A stretch of 64,000 nt of DNA from Terriglobia bacterium (GCA_963666975.2 CAXVYR010000004.1:1184001-1248000), one strand, 5' to 3'. Positions 19,324-30,141 are shown, numbered from the stretch's first letter. Translations and numbers: made by a program. The notes: generated by a model from the sequence alone, not told the origin.

Positions 19324-20860
19324 GAAGGTGTCCCAAACTCAGTTGCAGGTTGGGACGGCGGGTTGAGTTCATATTACGCCACTTTCTCCTTGTGAGAGGA
19401 AGCAGCGTTTGGACTTCGGCCGAGAATCGATGCCAAAGCCCAGAGATCGTGATAACCCATGATCTTCCGGAAATTCTTCTCGGTCAGCAGAAACGCTCCT
19501 GCCACCCAGCGCAACGTCTCGCCGTCGCGCCAGCGGCAAACATTGCCAGTCTTTTTCCGCACGCCCGACTGCGGGCTCTCGATGAGGTTCGTGGTTGCCA
19601 GGCCTCATCTCGCCGTCGCGCCAGCGGCAAACATTGCCAGTCTTTTTCCGCACGCCCGACTGCGGGCTCTCGATGAGGTTCGTGGTTGCCAGGCAGCGGT
19701 GGAGGCTGGGAGGAACGTCGGCTCGATTGATCGTAAAGGTCTCCTCCAACCCTTCGCGCAAGCTGGCGGCTGCTGCCGGATGATCGCACTCGATCATCCC
19801 AGCGAGCTTTTTTATGCGCACGATGCCTTCCTCGGCTTGGGGCAATCGCCAGGCGGCGCGCATCAGCGACCGCACCTGATTCGCCAGCATTTTGTCGCCC
19901 TTTGGTAACCGCTCAGCCACGTTGCGCAGCTTATGAGTACGGCAACGCTGCACCAGCTGATTGCTGCCGAATACTTCCTCGATCCCCGCGCGGAGCGCTT
20001 TGGCGCCGTCGATCACAAACAGATAGCGCTGATCCGTGCGCAAACCTTGCTGGCGCAGGCGGGTGAGAAGGTCTTTCACCGCAGCGGCGTTTTCGGTCGC
20101 GCCCAGTTGAATCCCCAGCACATGCTTGCGGCCCTCGATGTCCACGCCCACGGCGCTGATGACGTGGTGGGAGCCGAACCGCATTCCGTCCAGGTAAATC
20201 ACCAGAATCTCGACCTCCTCCCAGCGCCGCGCCAACAGTTCTTCCAGCCGCCGCGCTCCTTGCTCGGCCGCTTCCCGGCTCACCTGAGACTTCGACACCC
20301 CAGCGCTGTTGGCCATCTCCGGGATCACCTCGCGGTAGTTCCGCGTCGAAACCCCTTTCAACAGTGCCTCGAACATCTCCTCGCCCGTCTTCTCGCTTTT
20401 CCGCAGTGCTTCGTAGGCCGGCACCGCTTCTTCCCCTCCGCCCTTCCGGCGCAGCCGGGGCCGCTCCACCCGCAGCTGGCGATCGGCCAGTTTCACCCTC
20501 CCCAATTGCCGGCCATGCCAGCGCACCTCTCCGCTCGCCTTCCCGGGACTCTTTGGCCCCGCGATTTGCTCTGCGCTCATGCTCAGAATCGTTTCAATCA
20601 AACCTCGCCCGGCCCGATCAATCACCTCATCCACCGCCAGACGCGCCTCCGTGATCAGATCCACCACCGGCAACAGCATCTGTCCGTTGGTTTGGCAAAA
20701 CTTCTGGATGGTTTCTTCGGCTCCCTTGGAACCCAGTTCCAAAACGTGATATTTTCCCTTCATTCGGCGGTTCTCCTTCTATAGGATTTAGGCTTGGCCC
20801 GATTCTATTCGATTCGGGCCGAACCGCCGTTCAACCTTCAACTATGTATGGGACACCCTC
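19324..20860 (-). mobile_element. IS256-family element, copy 2 (1537 bp), with an internal duplication
   Basis: Same TIRs as copy 1; 8-bp TSD CCTAAAGG at 19316-19323 and 20861-20868. Confidence 0.95.
19369..20763 (-). pseudogene. IS256 transposase with C-terminus frameshifted by a 91-bp-period tandem duplication
   Basis: Nearly identical to copy 1 up to RWRDGEM; 19517-19603 is repeated at 19608-19694. Confidence 0.85.
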
Positions 20861-20874
20861 CCTAAAGGAGGATT

Positions 20875-21201
20875 ATGGCTACAAAAAGGATGACTCAAAC
20901 GCAGTTGATTCGGCTTCTAGCCGAGCGTTGCGAGCTAAGCAATAAAACAGCGCGTCAGTTTATGGAGGCGTTGGCGGAAACCGCACTGAATGAAACCAAG
21001 AAGCAAGGCGTCTTCGTCCTGCCCGGCATCGGACGGCTGGTCAAGTCAAACCGCAAGGCTCGCATGGGACGAAACCCGGCCACCGGGGAGGCCATTAAGA
21101 TTGCTGCCAAGACCGTGGTGAAGTTCCGGGTTGCCAAGGCAGCCAAGGACGCCATTGCACCGACCAAAGCAAAGCCGAAAGCGAAGAAGAAAAAGAAGTA
21201 G
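20875..21201 (+). CDS. hup: HU-family DNA-binding protein with Lys-rich tail
   Basis: RKARMGRNPATGEAIKI motif; AGGAGG RBS. Confidence 0.93.
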   Translation: MATKRMTQTQLIRLLAERCELSNKTARQFMEALAETALNETKKQGVFVLPGIGRLVKSNRKARMGRNPATGEAIKIAAKTVVKFRVAKAAKDAIAPTKAKPKAKKKKK

Positions 21202-21565
21202 CAGTGGCTCGAACCGCAAGCATTGACTATGGCGGGAGCCGCCCGTTCAACTCCCCCCCCAAAGCGCCCGTCTGTCCCGGAATGCCGTGCCGGTTTTCCA
21301 GGAAAGGCGAGTTTTGCAAGTGAGCACGCCTTTCGCCCAGCAACGGTACGACGGTCCGGAGATCCCGGAGGCACCCTTCTTCTCGGAAGAAGACCGGGGT
21401 CTGGACAACGTCAACAACGGATCGTGTTGTAGTTTTTTTCAGGTCCGGCTTTGAGAACTCTGCTGCCCTGCCAGGGCAGCCAGGAAACACTCACTGCCGG
21501 GCCCGCCGATCCATGCAAAGCCGCCGGGATTCCTGTCGAAATCGATTTTCCGTTGAATAAAAATT

Positions 21566-21616
21566 TGGTGGCGGCGACTAGACTTGAACCAGTGACCTAG
21601 GGATTATGAGACCCTC
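21566..21616 (-). repeat. Duplicated 3' part of tRNA-Met (att site)
   Basis: 51 bp matching 30573-30623 with 3 mismatches. Confidence 0.9.
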
Positions 21617-21729
21617 TATAGGTCTCATGCACCACGGTGCGCGAATCTGCCGAAAAGCGCAATATAAGCTCAAGGCCGCTTATACACAGGCCTCCTTGAT
21701 GGGCCCATAGTACAGCAAGACGCCGATGG

Positions 21730-21911
21730 CCGCGCACTACCCACGTCATCGAGCGCTGTTTCATGGAGGTACGGCGCCGTACCCGACCCATGGTTTGCTT
21801 TGTCAATGTTCAGAGCGTGGAGCGAATCGTGTTCTCGATCTTTAACCGCATGAACCCACAACGGAAAAACCGTACCCTCCACCTTTTTACACATGCAGCT
21901 TGACATCACCC
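21730..21911 (+). pseudogene. 3' fragment of a different IS256-family transposase, with its right end
   Basis: RTTHVIERCFMEVRRRTRPM...FTHAA*; ends in TTTACACATGCAGCTTGACATCACC. Confidence 0.75.
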
Positions 21912-21926
21912 CTAAATGATCTGGGC

Positions 21927-21955
21927 TTGAGTCGACGGGGCCACAGGTGTAGAAT
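21927..21955 (+). promoter_or_regulatory. Putative sigma70 promoter of the SulP gene
   Basis: TTGAGT-17 nt-TAGAAT. Confidence 0.45.
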
Positions 21956-22013
21956 CGCGCCCCGTGCAGATATTGGAATCGGTAATTCCCTTTGAGATAA
22001 GAAACCTGTCAAC

Positions 22014-24269
22014 ATGCCGCCTTTAGTCCCCGTGGCTCAGCGAAGCTCCAGTCTCCCTTCGCAGAGATTCAGTCCCGCCCTGATCCTACCGGTTTTACTG
22101 ACGGGACTCATCGCCGCCACGGTTGTGATCACCTTCAGCATTTCCTTTAGCGGGCTCGTCTTCCCGGGGCCGCTGGCAGCCCATGCGTCGGCCGGTGTCG
22201 GGCTTGCGCTGCTTGGGACCGTCATTCTCAGCGTAGTGATTCCCTGTTTCAGCACCTATCCCGGTACGATTGGCGGCATCATCTCCTTGCCTGCCATTGC
22301 GCTTGGAGTGATTGCCACCTCGCTCGCCTCCACGGTGAGCAGCGACCAACTCCTGCCGACCATTTTCGTTTCCATCATGGCAGCCGGACTGTTTACCGGA
22401 CTGGCCATGTACCTTTTCGGGGTCTTCGATCTCGGCAAGATCGGGCAATACGTGCCGTACCCCGTGATCGGCGGCTTTATTGCCGGGCTGGGGATCATCC
22501 TGGTAAAGAATTCGCTTTCCTTCGGGCTCTCAGCCGATTTTAGCCTGGCCCGGATCGCTTCGCTCGACGCCGGCGGCATTCGGTTTCTCCTCTCCAACCG
22601 GGATCTGCTGCTGATTTCGCTTGTCGCTCTGGTCGGCATCTGGATATGGACTGCTGAAATGGCTGGATCCTCGAAATACAACATCCCTCTCATCCTGGCG
22701 GCGGTGACATCTGGCTTTTGGGTGATTACCTGGTATTTCGGCATCACGCCGGGGGAGTTACGGGAAGGGGGCTGGCTTCTGGGACCGTTTCCGGAAGGCC
22801 GCTTCTGGACACCGGCACAGAACTTTGCAGCGCTGGCCAATGCCGATTGGTTCGCCTTGTTTTGGGAGATACCTAAAATTCCGGTGGTCTTGCTGCTCGT
22901 TCTGATTCCTGCGCTGATGGATGCAAGCAGCTTGGAACTGGCCGTGAAGCAGGACATCGATCCCAATCGCGAGATCAAAGTTGCCGGTGCCGGAAACATT
23001 CTGTGCGGGCTGGCCGGCGGATTTCTGGGAGCAGCTTCCTTCAGCGCCACGACCATGGTCGCCAGGGCGCGTGTTCCTTACCGCATTGTGGGCCTGGTTT
23101 CGGCAACGTGCTGCAGTCTCGTTTTCTTTTTCGGGGCGGAAACGATATCGTACTTGCCGAAGTTTCCCATTGCCGGATTGTTGTTCTACATCGGCATTGA
23201 CTTCATGCGCGAGTGGCTCTATTCCTCCTACGGCAAAGTCTCGAAAGTTGACTACGCGACGATCCTGGCGGTTTTCTTTGTCGTCATCGTCTTCGGGTTC
23301 ATGGAGGGATTTTTCGTTGGCCTTGTTCTGGGATTTATTTTCTTCGTGCTGACCTACAGCAGCCTGCCCGTTGTACGCTATGCGACCACGGGAGCCTACC
23401 AGTTCAGCAATGTCGAGCACCCGGAACAAGACCGGAACTACCTGAAGAGCGTCGGTGAGCGCACGGTCATATTCAAACTGCAAGGGTTCATTTTTTTTGG
23501 AACCGCGCGAAGACTGCTCGACAGGGTGCGCGCGAAGATGACGGCGGCGGAACTGCCCCCGCTGGACTATCTGGTGCTCGATTTCAATCTAGTGGACGGC
23601 CTGGACTCTTCTGCGATGGTCAATTTCCAGAAGATCGTGCAGTACGCAGAGACCGGAGGATTTCTCCTCGTCCTTTCCCACTGTTCTCCGGAACTCACCA
23701 CCCGCTTCGCAAAACACGGGATTCGGAACGCTGATTCGCAGCACGTCGAACTCTTCCCCGACATGGACCGCTCCCTCGAATGGGTGGAACAAAGGCAAAT
23801 TGCGGTGCGGGACGCCAAAGGGCCGACGGGTGGAGGAAGTGGAAGCTCCCTCAAGGATCTATTCTCCTCGGCGGCGATCTATGACGCCTTACTCTCCTAC
23901 TGTGAAACTTGCACTTTCTCTTCCGGAGATTTTTTGGTCCGGCAAGGAGAGGAGGCCAACGATATTTTTCTGGTCCAGGAGGGTGAGGTGTCTGTGTACT
24001 TGGAGGTCGCGGATGGCAACCGGATTCGGCTGCGCAAGTATCTCGCGGGCACGGTGGTCGGCGAGGTGGCCATTTTGCTCGGTATTCGGCGCACCGCCTC
24101 GGTGATCGCCGGCACCAACATGACGGCCTATCGGCTGTCGCGGACCGCGATGGCGAGGATGAAGACGGAGCGGCCTGAGATCGTCGTGGAATTTGAGGAA
24201 GCCCTGCTGAAAATGACTGCCGCGCGTCTCCAAGATGGCAACAGACTCCTTCGCGAGTTGGCTGACTAG
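22014..24269 (+). CDS. SulP/SLC26 anion permease with STAS and cNMP-binding domains
   Basis: PYPVIGGFIAG; STAS motifs LQGFIFFG and DSSA; C-terminal cNMP domain GE.A.L...RTASV. Confidence 0.92.
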   Translation: MPPLVPVAQRSSSLPSQRFSPALILPVLLTGLIAATVVITFSISFSGLVFPGPLAAHASAGVGLALLGTVILSVVIPCFSTYPGTIGGIISLPAIALGVIATSLASTVSSDQLLPTIFVSIMAAGLFTGLAMYLFGVFDLGKIGQYVPYPVIGGFIAGLGIILVKNSLSFGLSADFSLARIASLDAGGIRFLLSNRDLLLISLVALVGIWIWTAEMAGSSKYNIPLILAAVTSGFWVITWYFGITPGELREGGWLLGPFPEGRFWTPAQNFAALANADWFALFWEIPKIPVVLLLVLIPALMDASSLELAVKQDIDPNREIKVAGAGNILCGLAGGFLGAASFSATTMVARARVPYRIVGLVSATCCSLVFFFGAETISYLPKFPIAGLLFYIGIDFMREWLYSSYGKVSKVDYATILAVFFVVIVFGFMEGFFVGLVLGFIFFVLTYSSLPVVRYATTGAYQFSNVEHPEQDRNYLKSVGERTVIFKLQGFIFFGTARRLLDRVRAKMTAAELPPLDYLVLDFNLVDGLDSSAMVNFQKIVQYAETGGFLLVLSHCSPELTTRFAKHGIRNADSQHVELFPDMDRSLEWVEQRQIAVRDAKGPTGGGSGSSLKDLFSSAAIYDALLSYCETCTFSSGDFLVRQGEEANDIFLVQEGEVSVYLEVADGNRIRLRKYLAGTVVGEVAILLGIRRTASVIAGTNMTAYRLSRTAMARMKTERPEIVVEFEEALLKMTAARLQDGNRLLRELAD

Positions 24270-24272
24270 TGC

Positions 24273-24368
24273 GCCTGTCAAAAACTCCGGCCGCAGTTTA
24301 GCCCTGAGGAGGCCAACTGCCTCCGAGGCCTGGAATCCATCCCTTCCCCTAAAACCAGTTTCACAGCC
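24273..24368. mobile_element. Possible small MITE relic (IS5/IS1182-like ends)
   Basis: GCCTGTCAAAAACT ... AGTTTCACAGCC imperfect inverted ends. Confidence 0.3.
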
Positions 24369-24499
24369 CCAAGCTGTGATGTAGATTTTCACTGTCACTG
24401 GTACAAAATATCGGGCTGGGCAGACGCGGCTAAACTTTGGAATGTCTGTTGCCGATATATGCCTTTGTCCAGTCCTCGAACGAGACGGTCTATGGACAT

Positions 24500-25070
24500 G
24501 GGGCTGTCCTAGCTAAGGGTGATTCTGTCTCGATTTGATCCATGCAGCAGTGTCCGGTGGTTACATTGAAGCGCCATTCGCACAGGAAGAGGTGAAAACT
24601 CTGTTTGGGCACCCCTACGAAGATGCCGCTTTGCCTGGTTCCAGAAGTTCTGATCCCAATGTGGTTCCGTTCGTCGACGAACCGTTCCGAGTGGGATCCG
24701 AACGTGACACATCCAAATTCAGTCGTGTAGACGATGCTTCGGGCTGGATAGGCGCTCCTCTTGTTCGCATTGGGGACTCACCTAGACCCTTCTGCTTCAA
24801 AAGCCCGAAAACCGGGACTTTCCCGCCAGCACCACGACCGCGTTTGCCCTTGCGGCGACCACCGAAGTAACTCTCGTCCACTTCGATTTCGCCGCAAACC
24901 GAAGAGGCTTTCTGGGTCTCCTCGGCAATCACCGTGCGAATCCGTGTATAGAACGAAGCGGCCGTGTTCCGATGAACCCCGACAAGCTCAGCCGCCGCCC
25001 GTGCCGTCGTCCCGGCAACGAAGTGCTCCACCAACCGATCCCGCTTCGCCTTGCTCACTGCAGATACGGA
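24500..25070 (-). pseudogene. IS1595-family (IS1016-like) transposase N-terminal fragment
   Basis: HFVAGTTARAAAELVGV...EIEVDESYFGG.RKGKRGRGA.GKVPVFGLLK, then truncated; GGGGCTGTCCTAG end-like motif at 24500. Confidence 0.8.
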
Positions 25071-25101
25071 ACAATGTCTGCTACACAATTGACAATCGGA
25101 G

Positions 25102-25863
25102 GTGGGTCGTGAAATTCAGTCCCGAGCTCTCTTTTCGCTACTCTTTCTGCTTTCTTCCCTTAATGCTTCCGAAAAACCTCGGGTCTTTATTACTGACAGC
25201 GATTCTTGGGAGATGTCGGGAGGATTCGCTACGAGTGATGGGGTAGGCGCTGGTGCTTCCAGGGGCGGGGCTAGACCCCAAACCGGAGAAATCATGAAGA
25301 CGTTTGGAGAGCGTTGTCCTGGAATTACAGTTACGATAAACCAAGAGAAGGCAGACTACGTAGTGCTTCTCGATCATGAAGGGGGTAAGGGCGGCCTTAT
25401 GAGGGACAACAAGGTTGCTGTCTTTAACAGAGATGGCGATATGATCCACAGCGGATCAACCCGAAGTCTCGGCAATGCAGTAAAAGATGCCTGCCAAGCC
25501 GTTGCTAGTGCTCCTGTGGTTTTAAGAGAAGAGCGTAGAAGTTCCTTTCCTACAAATACTGGCGGTGCCTCCGTCTCGCTAATTTCAAGTGCGCAGCGGG
25601 TCGAGCCTGCCACCGTGGTTATCAAGTCCACACCAGAGGGGGCGGAAATTACTATTGACGGGAACTTTGTCGGGAGCACTCCCTCTACGCTCCAACTGAC
25701 TCCCGGAGATCATGAAATTGTAGTCCAAAAGAAAGAGGAAAGCCTGAGAAGTGTCGGGGTCGGGAAAGAAAGAATCCCTGTCAATTGGATGTGGCGGCGT
25801 ACCCTAACGGTAAATCCCGGCAGTATCATAACTGTTGACGCGACGCTTGAGAGAAAACAATAG
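25102..25863 (+). CDS. Secreted PEGA-domain protein
   Basis: Signal peptide; STPEGAEITIDGNFVGSTP. Confidence 0.8.
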   Translation: MGREIQSRALFSLLFLLSSLNASEKPRVFITDSDSWEMSGGFATSDGVGAGASRGGARPQTGEIMKTFGERCPGITVTINQEKADYVVLLDHEGGKGGLMRDNKVAVFNRDGDMIHSGSTRSLGNAVKDACQAVASAPVVLREERRSSFPTNTGGASVSLISSAQRVEPATVVIKSTPEGAEITIDGNFVGSTPSTLQLTPGDHEIVVQKKEESLRSVGVGKERIPVNWMWRRTLTVNPGSIITVDATLERKQ

Positions 25864-26182
25864 GACTCTCTTCATACGATTTTTTTGTTCGGCACTTTGC
25901 TGTTGATATGTCCACGGACTTTAAGAGTCATTAAGCAAATTGTGAGCGTGCTTCCGCAATCTAGTGTTGTTAAGGCTTGCCTATCTCCAACAAACAAAGT
26001 GGCTTATTCTGTATTTGCCGCACTTCAGGACTGCTAGCGCCATTTCTTGCCCGGAAACAGATCGTTGATTTGCGCCGCAGGGCCGAATTCAGCGCCCCGA
26101 CGGTCCTGGACTTTTCCCTCCGGGGTCTGGCACTCCTCACCTATGCCGCCAGACTCGAAAGAAAAATCAACCTCGCCAGTAA

Positions 26183-27484
26183 TTACTGCGATGTCTCGCC
26201 GGTCCACCGTGCCCTCAAGGCGGCGCGGTCAACTTCCGTTCCGCGGAGATAGACTGCGGCGATTCGCCGCGTATTCGTGATGTCGTCGAGCGGATTCGCG
26301 TCCAGCACGATGAAGTCCGCGCTCTTGCCCGCTTCCACCGTGCCGACGTCAGTGAGTTGCAGCAGGTCGGCCGAGTTGCGGGTCGCAGCCGTGATGACCT
26401 GAGCCGGCGTCATTCCCGCCGCCACCATGTTCGCCATCTCGACATGCGGCTCCCAAGGGATGCTACCGTCGGTGCCAAAGGCGATCCGAACGCCCGCCGC
26501 ATGGAGCTTTGCCAGATTGCGTGCCTGGATTCCGAACGTCTCCTGGACGGCCGGGCGGTCCGTGCTCGCCTCCTGAAGTTGCTGCAACTCTTCGGCGGGG
26601 ACGGTCTCGCCGAGCCAGCTCATGTCCACGGCCACTCCTCGATCGGGAAGGTTCGGCACGAGGACCACGTTCGGGCGCTCCCGGAACAGCTCGACGATCT
26701 CCTCGTCGATATCCCTGTCCCGGACTCCATGAGCGAATGCGTCGACGCCCGCCCGGAGGAGCCCCTTCGCATCCTCGAGCACGAAGATATGGGCCGTGAC
26801 GCGGAGGTTGTGCTTGTGGGCCTCGTCGATGATCGCGCCATACAGCGTTGGGCTCAATTTCTCGTACTGGCCATTTCGGTCGTCGACCCAGATCTTGACC
26901 AGATCGACCCTCCTCTCGGCCAGTTCCTGGACGGCCGTCCGGGCCTCGTCTTCGCTCGTGATCCAGTACGGGACCTCCGAACGCCCCGGCTCCGGCCCCG
27001 TAAGGCCGCGTCCTGCGGTGAGCAATCGCGCGGCGTTGGGGATCGTTTCTTCCCGCAGATGGAACGCCAGATCGCCTTCATCCTGGCCGAGGCTTATCGC
27101 TGCGCCGACCCCGTAGTACGCCAACTGCTGCAACAGATCGACGATTTCCTCTCGAGTCCCCCTCATATGCTTGTGAGTGTCAATCACCGCCGGCATGACG
27201 GTCTTGCCGGTTAGATCCACGTGCGCCGCGCCCGCCGGAACGTCGAGCTGCCCTCTTTGGCCGACAGCGGTGAACCGATTATTCTCAACGATGAATATGG
27301 CATTCTCGATGGGCTCGCTGCCGTCCCCGACAATGAGCCGCGCCCCCTCGAACACCGTCACGGCTGTCGCCTGCGGTGACTCGACCGTCTCTGGCGTTGA
27401 ACAACCCGTCGACAAGAAGACGGCGATAGAAAATAGACCCGCAAGGAACTTCACATGGCGCGATTCCGAATTTACGCGGTGCAT
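26183..27484 (-). CDS. Amidohydrolase-family lipoprotein
   Basis: Lipobox STGC; IDTHKH, FGTD and GKSADF..LDANPL; GGAGG RBS before 27484. Confidence 0.88.
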   Translation of the reverse strand: MHRVNSESRHVKFLAGLFSIAVFLSTGCSTPETVESPQATAVTVFEGARLIVGDGSEPIENAIFIVENNRFTAVGQRGQLDVPAGAAHVDLTGKTVMPAVIDTHKHMRGTREEIVDLLQQLAYYGVGAAISLGQDEGDLAFHLREETIPNAARLLTAGRGLTGPEPGRSEVPYWITSEDEARTAVQELAERRVDLVKIWVDDRNGQYEKLSPTLYGAIIDEAHKHNLRVTAHIFVLEDAKGLLRAGVDAFAHGVRDRDIDEEIVELFRERPNVVLVPNLPDRGVAVDMSWLGETVPAEELQQLQEASTDRPAVQETFGIQARNLAKLHAAGVRIAFGTDGSIPWEPHVEMANMVAAGMTPAQVITAATRNSADLLQLTDVGTVEAGKSADFIVLDANPLDDITNTRRIAAVYLRGTEVDRAALRARWTGETSQ

Positions 27485-27611
27485 AGAAACCTCCTGCCTG
27501 AGACTGAATTTGCGATTGTCAGCGAAACCTCGAACGGCTCTGCTCGCGCATGGATGCCGCCAATATTTCCCCGTTCCCTGAACCGGGATGGCGTCATAGG
27601 CACGGCTGGCA

Positions 27612-28160
27612 TCATTTACGACCCCGCAGGAGGTCATCGAATTCTTTCTCGAACTTCTCCACCTTGGGATTGATTACAAATCGGCAATAAGGCTGCTCAA
27701 AATTGTTTTTGTAGTATTCCCGATGGTATGGTTCAGCCGGGTAGAAATGTTCTAGCGGGTTTACTTCCGTTACGATGGGATTGGAAAAGGCATGTGATTC
27801 TTGGAGGCCGTCGATGAAAGCCTCGGCTTCGCGCCTTTGATCTTCATTGGCATAGAGAATGATGGACCGATACTGCGTGCCCTGATCATGGTCCTGCCGA
27901 TTCAGGGTTGTCGGGTCATGAGTGCCAAAAAACACTGCCAGGAGGCTTCTGTAGGAGATCTGCGACGGGTCAAACTCAACTTGAATTACCTCCGCATGCC
28001 CCGTGTCGCCGCTACAGACCGGCTGATAGGTCGGATCAGCCGTGCGACCGCCCGCGTATCCCGGCAGAACGGATGTGACCCCCTGTAACCGCTCGAATAC
28101 CGCCTCAATGCACCAGAAGCATCCGCCTCCAAACACAGCTGACTGTATATCCTGCGTCAT
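27612..28160 (-). CDS. msrA: Peptide-methionine (S)-S-oxide reductase
   Basis: GGCFWC, TGHAE and GTQYRS motifs. Confidence 0.96.
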   Translation of the reverse strand: MTQDIQSAVFGGGCFWCIEAVFERLQGVTSVLPGYAGGRTADPTYQPVCSGDTGHAEVIQVEFDPSQISYRSLLAVFFGTHDPTTLNRQDHDQGTQYRSIILYANEDQRREAEAFIDGLQESHAFSNPIVTEVNPLEHFYPAEPYHREYYKNNFEQPYCRFVINPKVEKFEKEFDDLLRGRK

Positions 28161-28294
28161 GCAATACCAGCTAAGAAACCGTGATTAAAGCGGAATTTCC
28201 GATATTGACCTTCCCCTTCGCCCAAAAGCACACCCCAGCCGTCCTGTAGTTGCAATCATGTGTTCCGATCCCATGCCTGCAACGGGAAACGAAC

Positions 28295-29113
28295 TTAGGG
28301 CCCCGCCCGGAACTCAGACAAGGTCGCCTCGGGCGCGGTGAAATAGCGGTCTTCCACTTCCGCGTAGATGCCGATGTTTCGGTGCAGTATTTTTCGGCTC
28401 GGATCGCTCGGGGAAATTCGGTCCGCGGCAAGCTGCACGCCACCATAATCCCGCCAATCAGACCACTTCATGAATGTGCGCGGCACCTGTCTTCCCTTTA
28501 GCACGTAAGCCCACTGGTCCATTAAGCGGGTCTGCTTGTTGACATAACCCCAAAAGGTGTCTTCGGGAGTCAAGCCGACATTGTCGTAGGTCAACCGAAC
28601 CACGTCGTAGGCCTGGCCCTCAATTTGTTCCTCCCCTTCATATTTCAGGCTGACTCCGGGGTCCTTCCACTTGAAAGGCATGTAAAACCAGTAGCCATCG
28701 TTAATGAAGCGCCCGTAGCCGAAGTCGAGCCATTTCTGATTGTCTTCGGCGGAAACCGGCTGTCCATCCAAGTAAGCCGTGCCTTGTTTGGAGTTCACAT
28801 TGAACAGGACCGTCAGCAGCTTTCCTTCATTCATGCCCTCCACGCGATACCGCCCGGTGTGCTTATCCCAAAGATGTTGATAGTTGCGAACAGTCCCGCC
28901 ATCCCGCTCCACGATCCAGTCGTAGCGCAGGAAACGAGCGCGCCTCCAGGCATCCATGCCGCCCAGAGCCTGCGCCAGTTCATCCGCGACCTGAATGGCG
29001 CGGGCGTCTGAGCCGGAAGGGTCAAATGCTTGCGGCGGAGCTTGCTGCCCACTGGTTCCTACGACTCCCGCCAAGCCGCACAGAACCACTAGCAGGGCCC
29101 GTTTTACTTGCAT
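28295..29113 (-). CDS. Secreted hypothetical protein (LolA-like beta fold)
   Basis: Signal peptide; ALGG..AW; YWFYMPFK..DPG; GGAGG RBS. Confidence 0.7.
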   Translation of the reverse strand: MQVKRALLVVLCGLAGVVGTSGQQAPPQAFDPSGSDARAIQVADELAQALGGMDAWRRARFLRYDWIVERDGGTVRNYQHLWDKHTGRYRVEGMNEGKLLTVLFNVNSKQGTAYLDGQPVSAEDNQKWLDFGYGRFINDGYWFYMPFKWKDPGVSLKYEGEEQIEGQAYDVVRLTYDNVGLTPEDTFWGYVNKQTRLMDQWAYVLKGRQVPRTFMKWSDWRDYGGVQLAADRISPSDPSRKILHRNIGIYAEVEDRYFTAPEATLSEFRAGP

Positions 29114-29343
29114 GCGGAACCTCCTTCTTTTCTGAAGTACGAAGTGTTAGGAAACGTTTGCTATCATACCGGAGGCACGGAGGAGAGGCAAGCTGTCCGT
29201 AGTTTCATGCATGGAGGCAGAAGGCCGCGTCTGCCGGGCAGACCAGGAGAGGGCCATAGAAAAATAACCGGGTTTGAGATTTTGACGCAGATCTCAGCCT
29301 CCCTCGATACACCAATTTGAAATATGCTCTAGACGGGATGACG

Positions 29344-30141
29344 TCAAACCCGTGGCGTCGCGTGCTGTACCATCTCGATCAAAACCGTTCTCGTTTCCTG
29401 TGAGTTTCCCACTTCACGGGTGAACGGGATCCGGACGGCGTGCACGCGGACTGCCGTTTTCATCCGTAAGTGAAAGCCGAGGCGATCGACTGACGTCATC
29501 GTAGCTTCCTCCGCTTCTACCCCGGCAAAGCCCCGGGCCAGAAGAACCAGGGCATCAGCATGGTCAGCGTTCATGTGCTGGATGATTTCAGATGCGGTGT
29601 CGGCCAGTGGATCGGCTTCTGCTCGGGCGTATTCATCAGCCGCCACCCAACCCATCACGCCGAAACCACCCACGTAGTAGACATCGACGATCTCCATTCG
29701 ATAGAAGTCGAAGTCTTTGAAGTCCACCCAATACTTGGCGTCCTCGTACCGGCCCAGATAGAGGTCTCGCACCTGTTTCACCTCTTCCTCCGGAACTCTT
29801 GCAGTCTTTCCCATAAGCGTGAGCCGGGCGGCGCCCAACGGATCCCGACTCGCGTCGGGGTGGGTTAGCAGCAGACTGGCGCGGGAGTCACCCAAAATAT
29901 TCTGGGTGTGCATGGCCATGGTGCTAATGAGAAAGGAAGGCCTGCCGAGTTGATCCAACCCGTAGGGCATCACCGAACCGAACGGCCAGCCCGGTCGTTT
30001 CTGGGAAAGAGTTGACAAGCTTCCAGTGCGACCGAGGTGCACCAAGGTGCGTGCGCGTTCAGCGTAGGAGGGCTCTGGAACCGGGCGTTCGTCAGTTGAC
30101 GATCCGGGGCTGGCGTGTTGTCGGGAAGAGCGATTGGACAC
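29344..30141 (-). CDS. HugZ/pyridoxamine-5'-phosphate-oxidase-like protein with DUF2470
   Basis: LSTLS...PFGS, GGFG and HMNADH motifs. Confidence 0.88.
   Translation of the reverse strand: MSNRSSRQHASPGSSTDERPVPEPSYAERARTLVHLGRTGSLSTLSQKRPGWPFGSVMPYGLDQLGRPSFLISTMAMHTQNILGDSRASLLLTHPDASRDPLGAARLTLMGKTARVPEEEVKQVRDLYLGRYEDAKYWVDFKDFDFYRMEIVDVYYVGGFGVMGWVAADEYARAEADPLADTASEIIQHMNADHADALVLLARGFAGVEAEEATMTSVDRLGFHLRMKTAVRVHAVRIPFTREVGNSQETRTVLIEMVQHATPRV

Noticed and set aside
16146-20860. Composite transposon formed by two inverted IS256 copies around the IS4
   Set aside because: Each IS has its own matching TSD and the outer flanks differ (CCCGCGCG vs CCTAAAGG), so these are independent insertions
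21566-21616. Second tRNA gene
   Set aside because: The 5' acceptor strand and D-arm are absent, so it is an att duplicate
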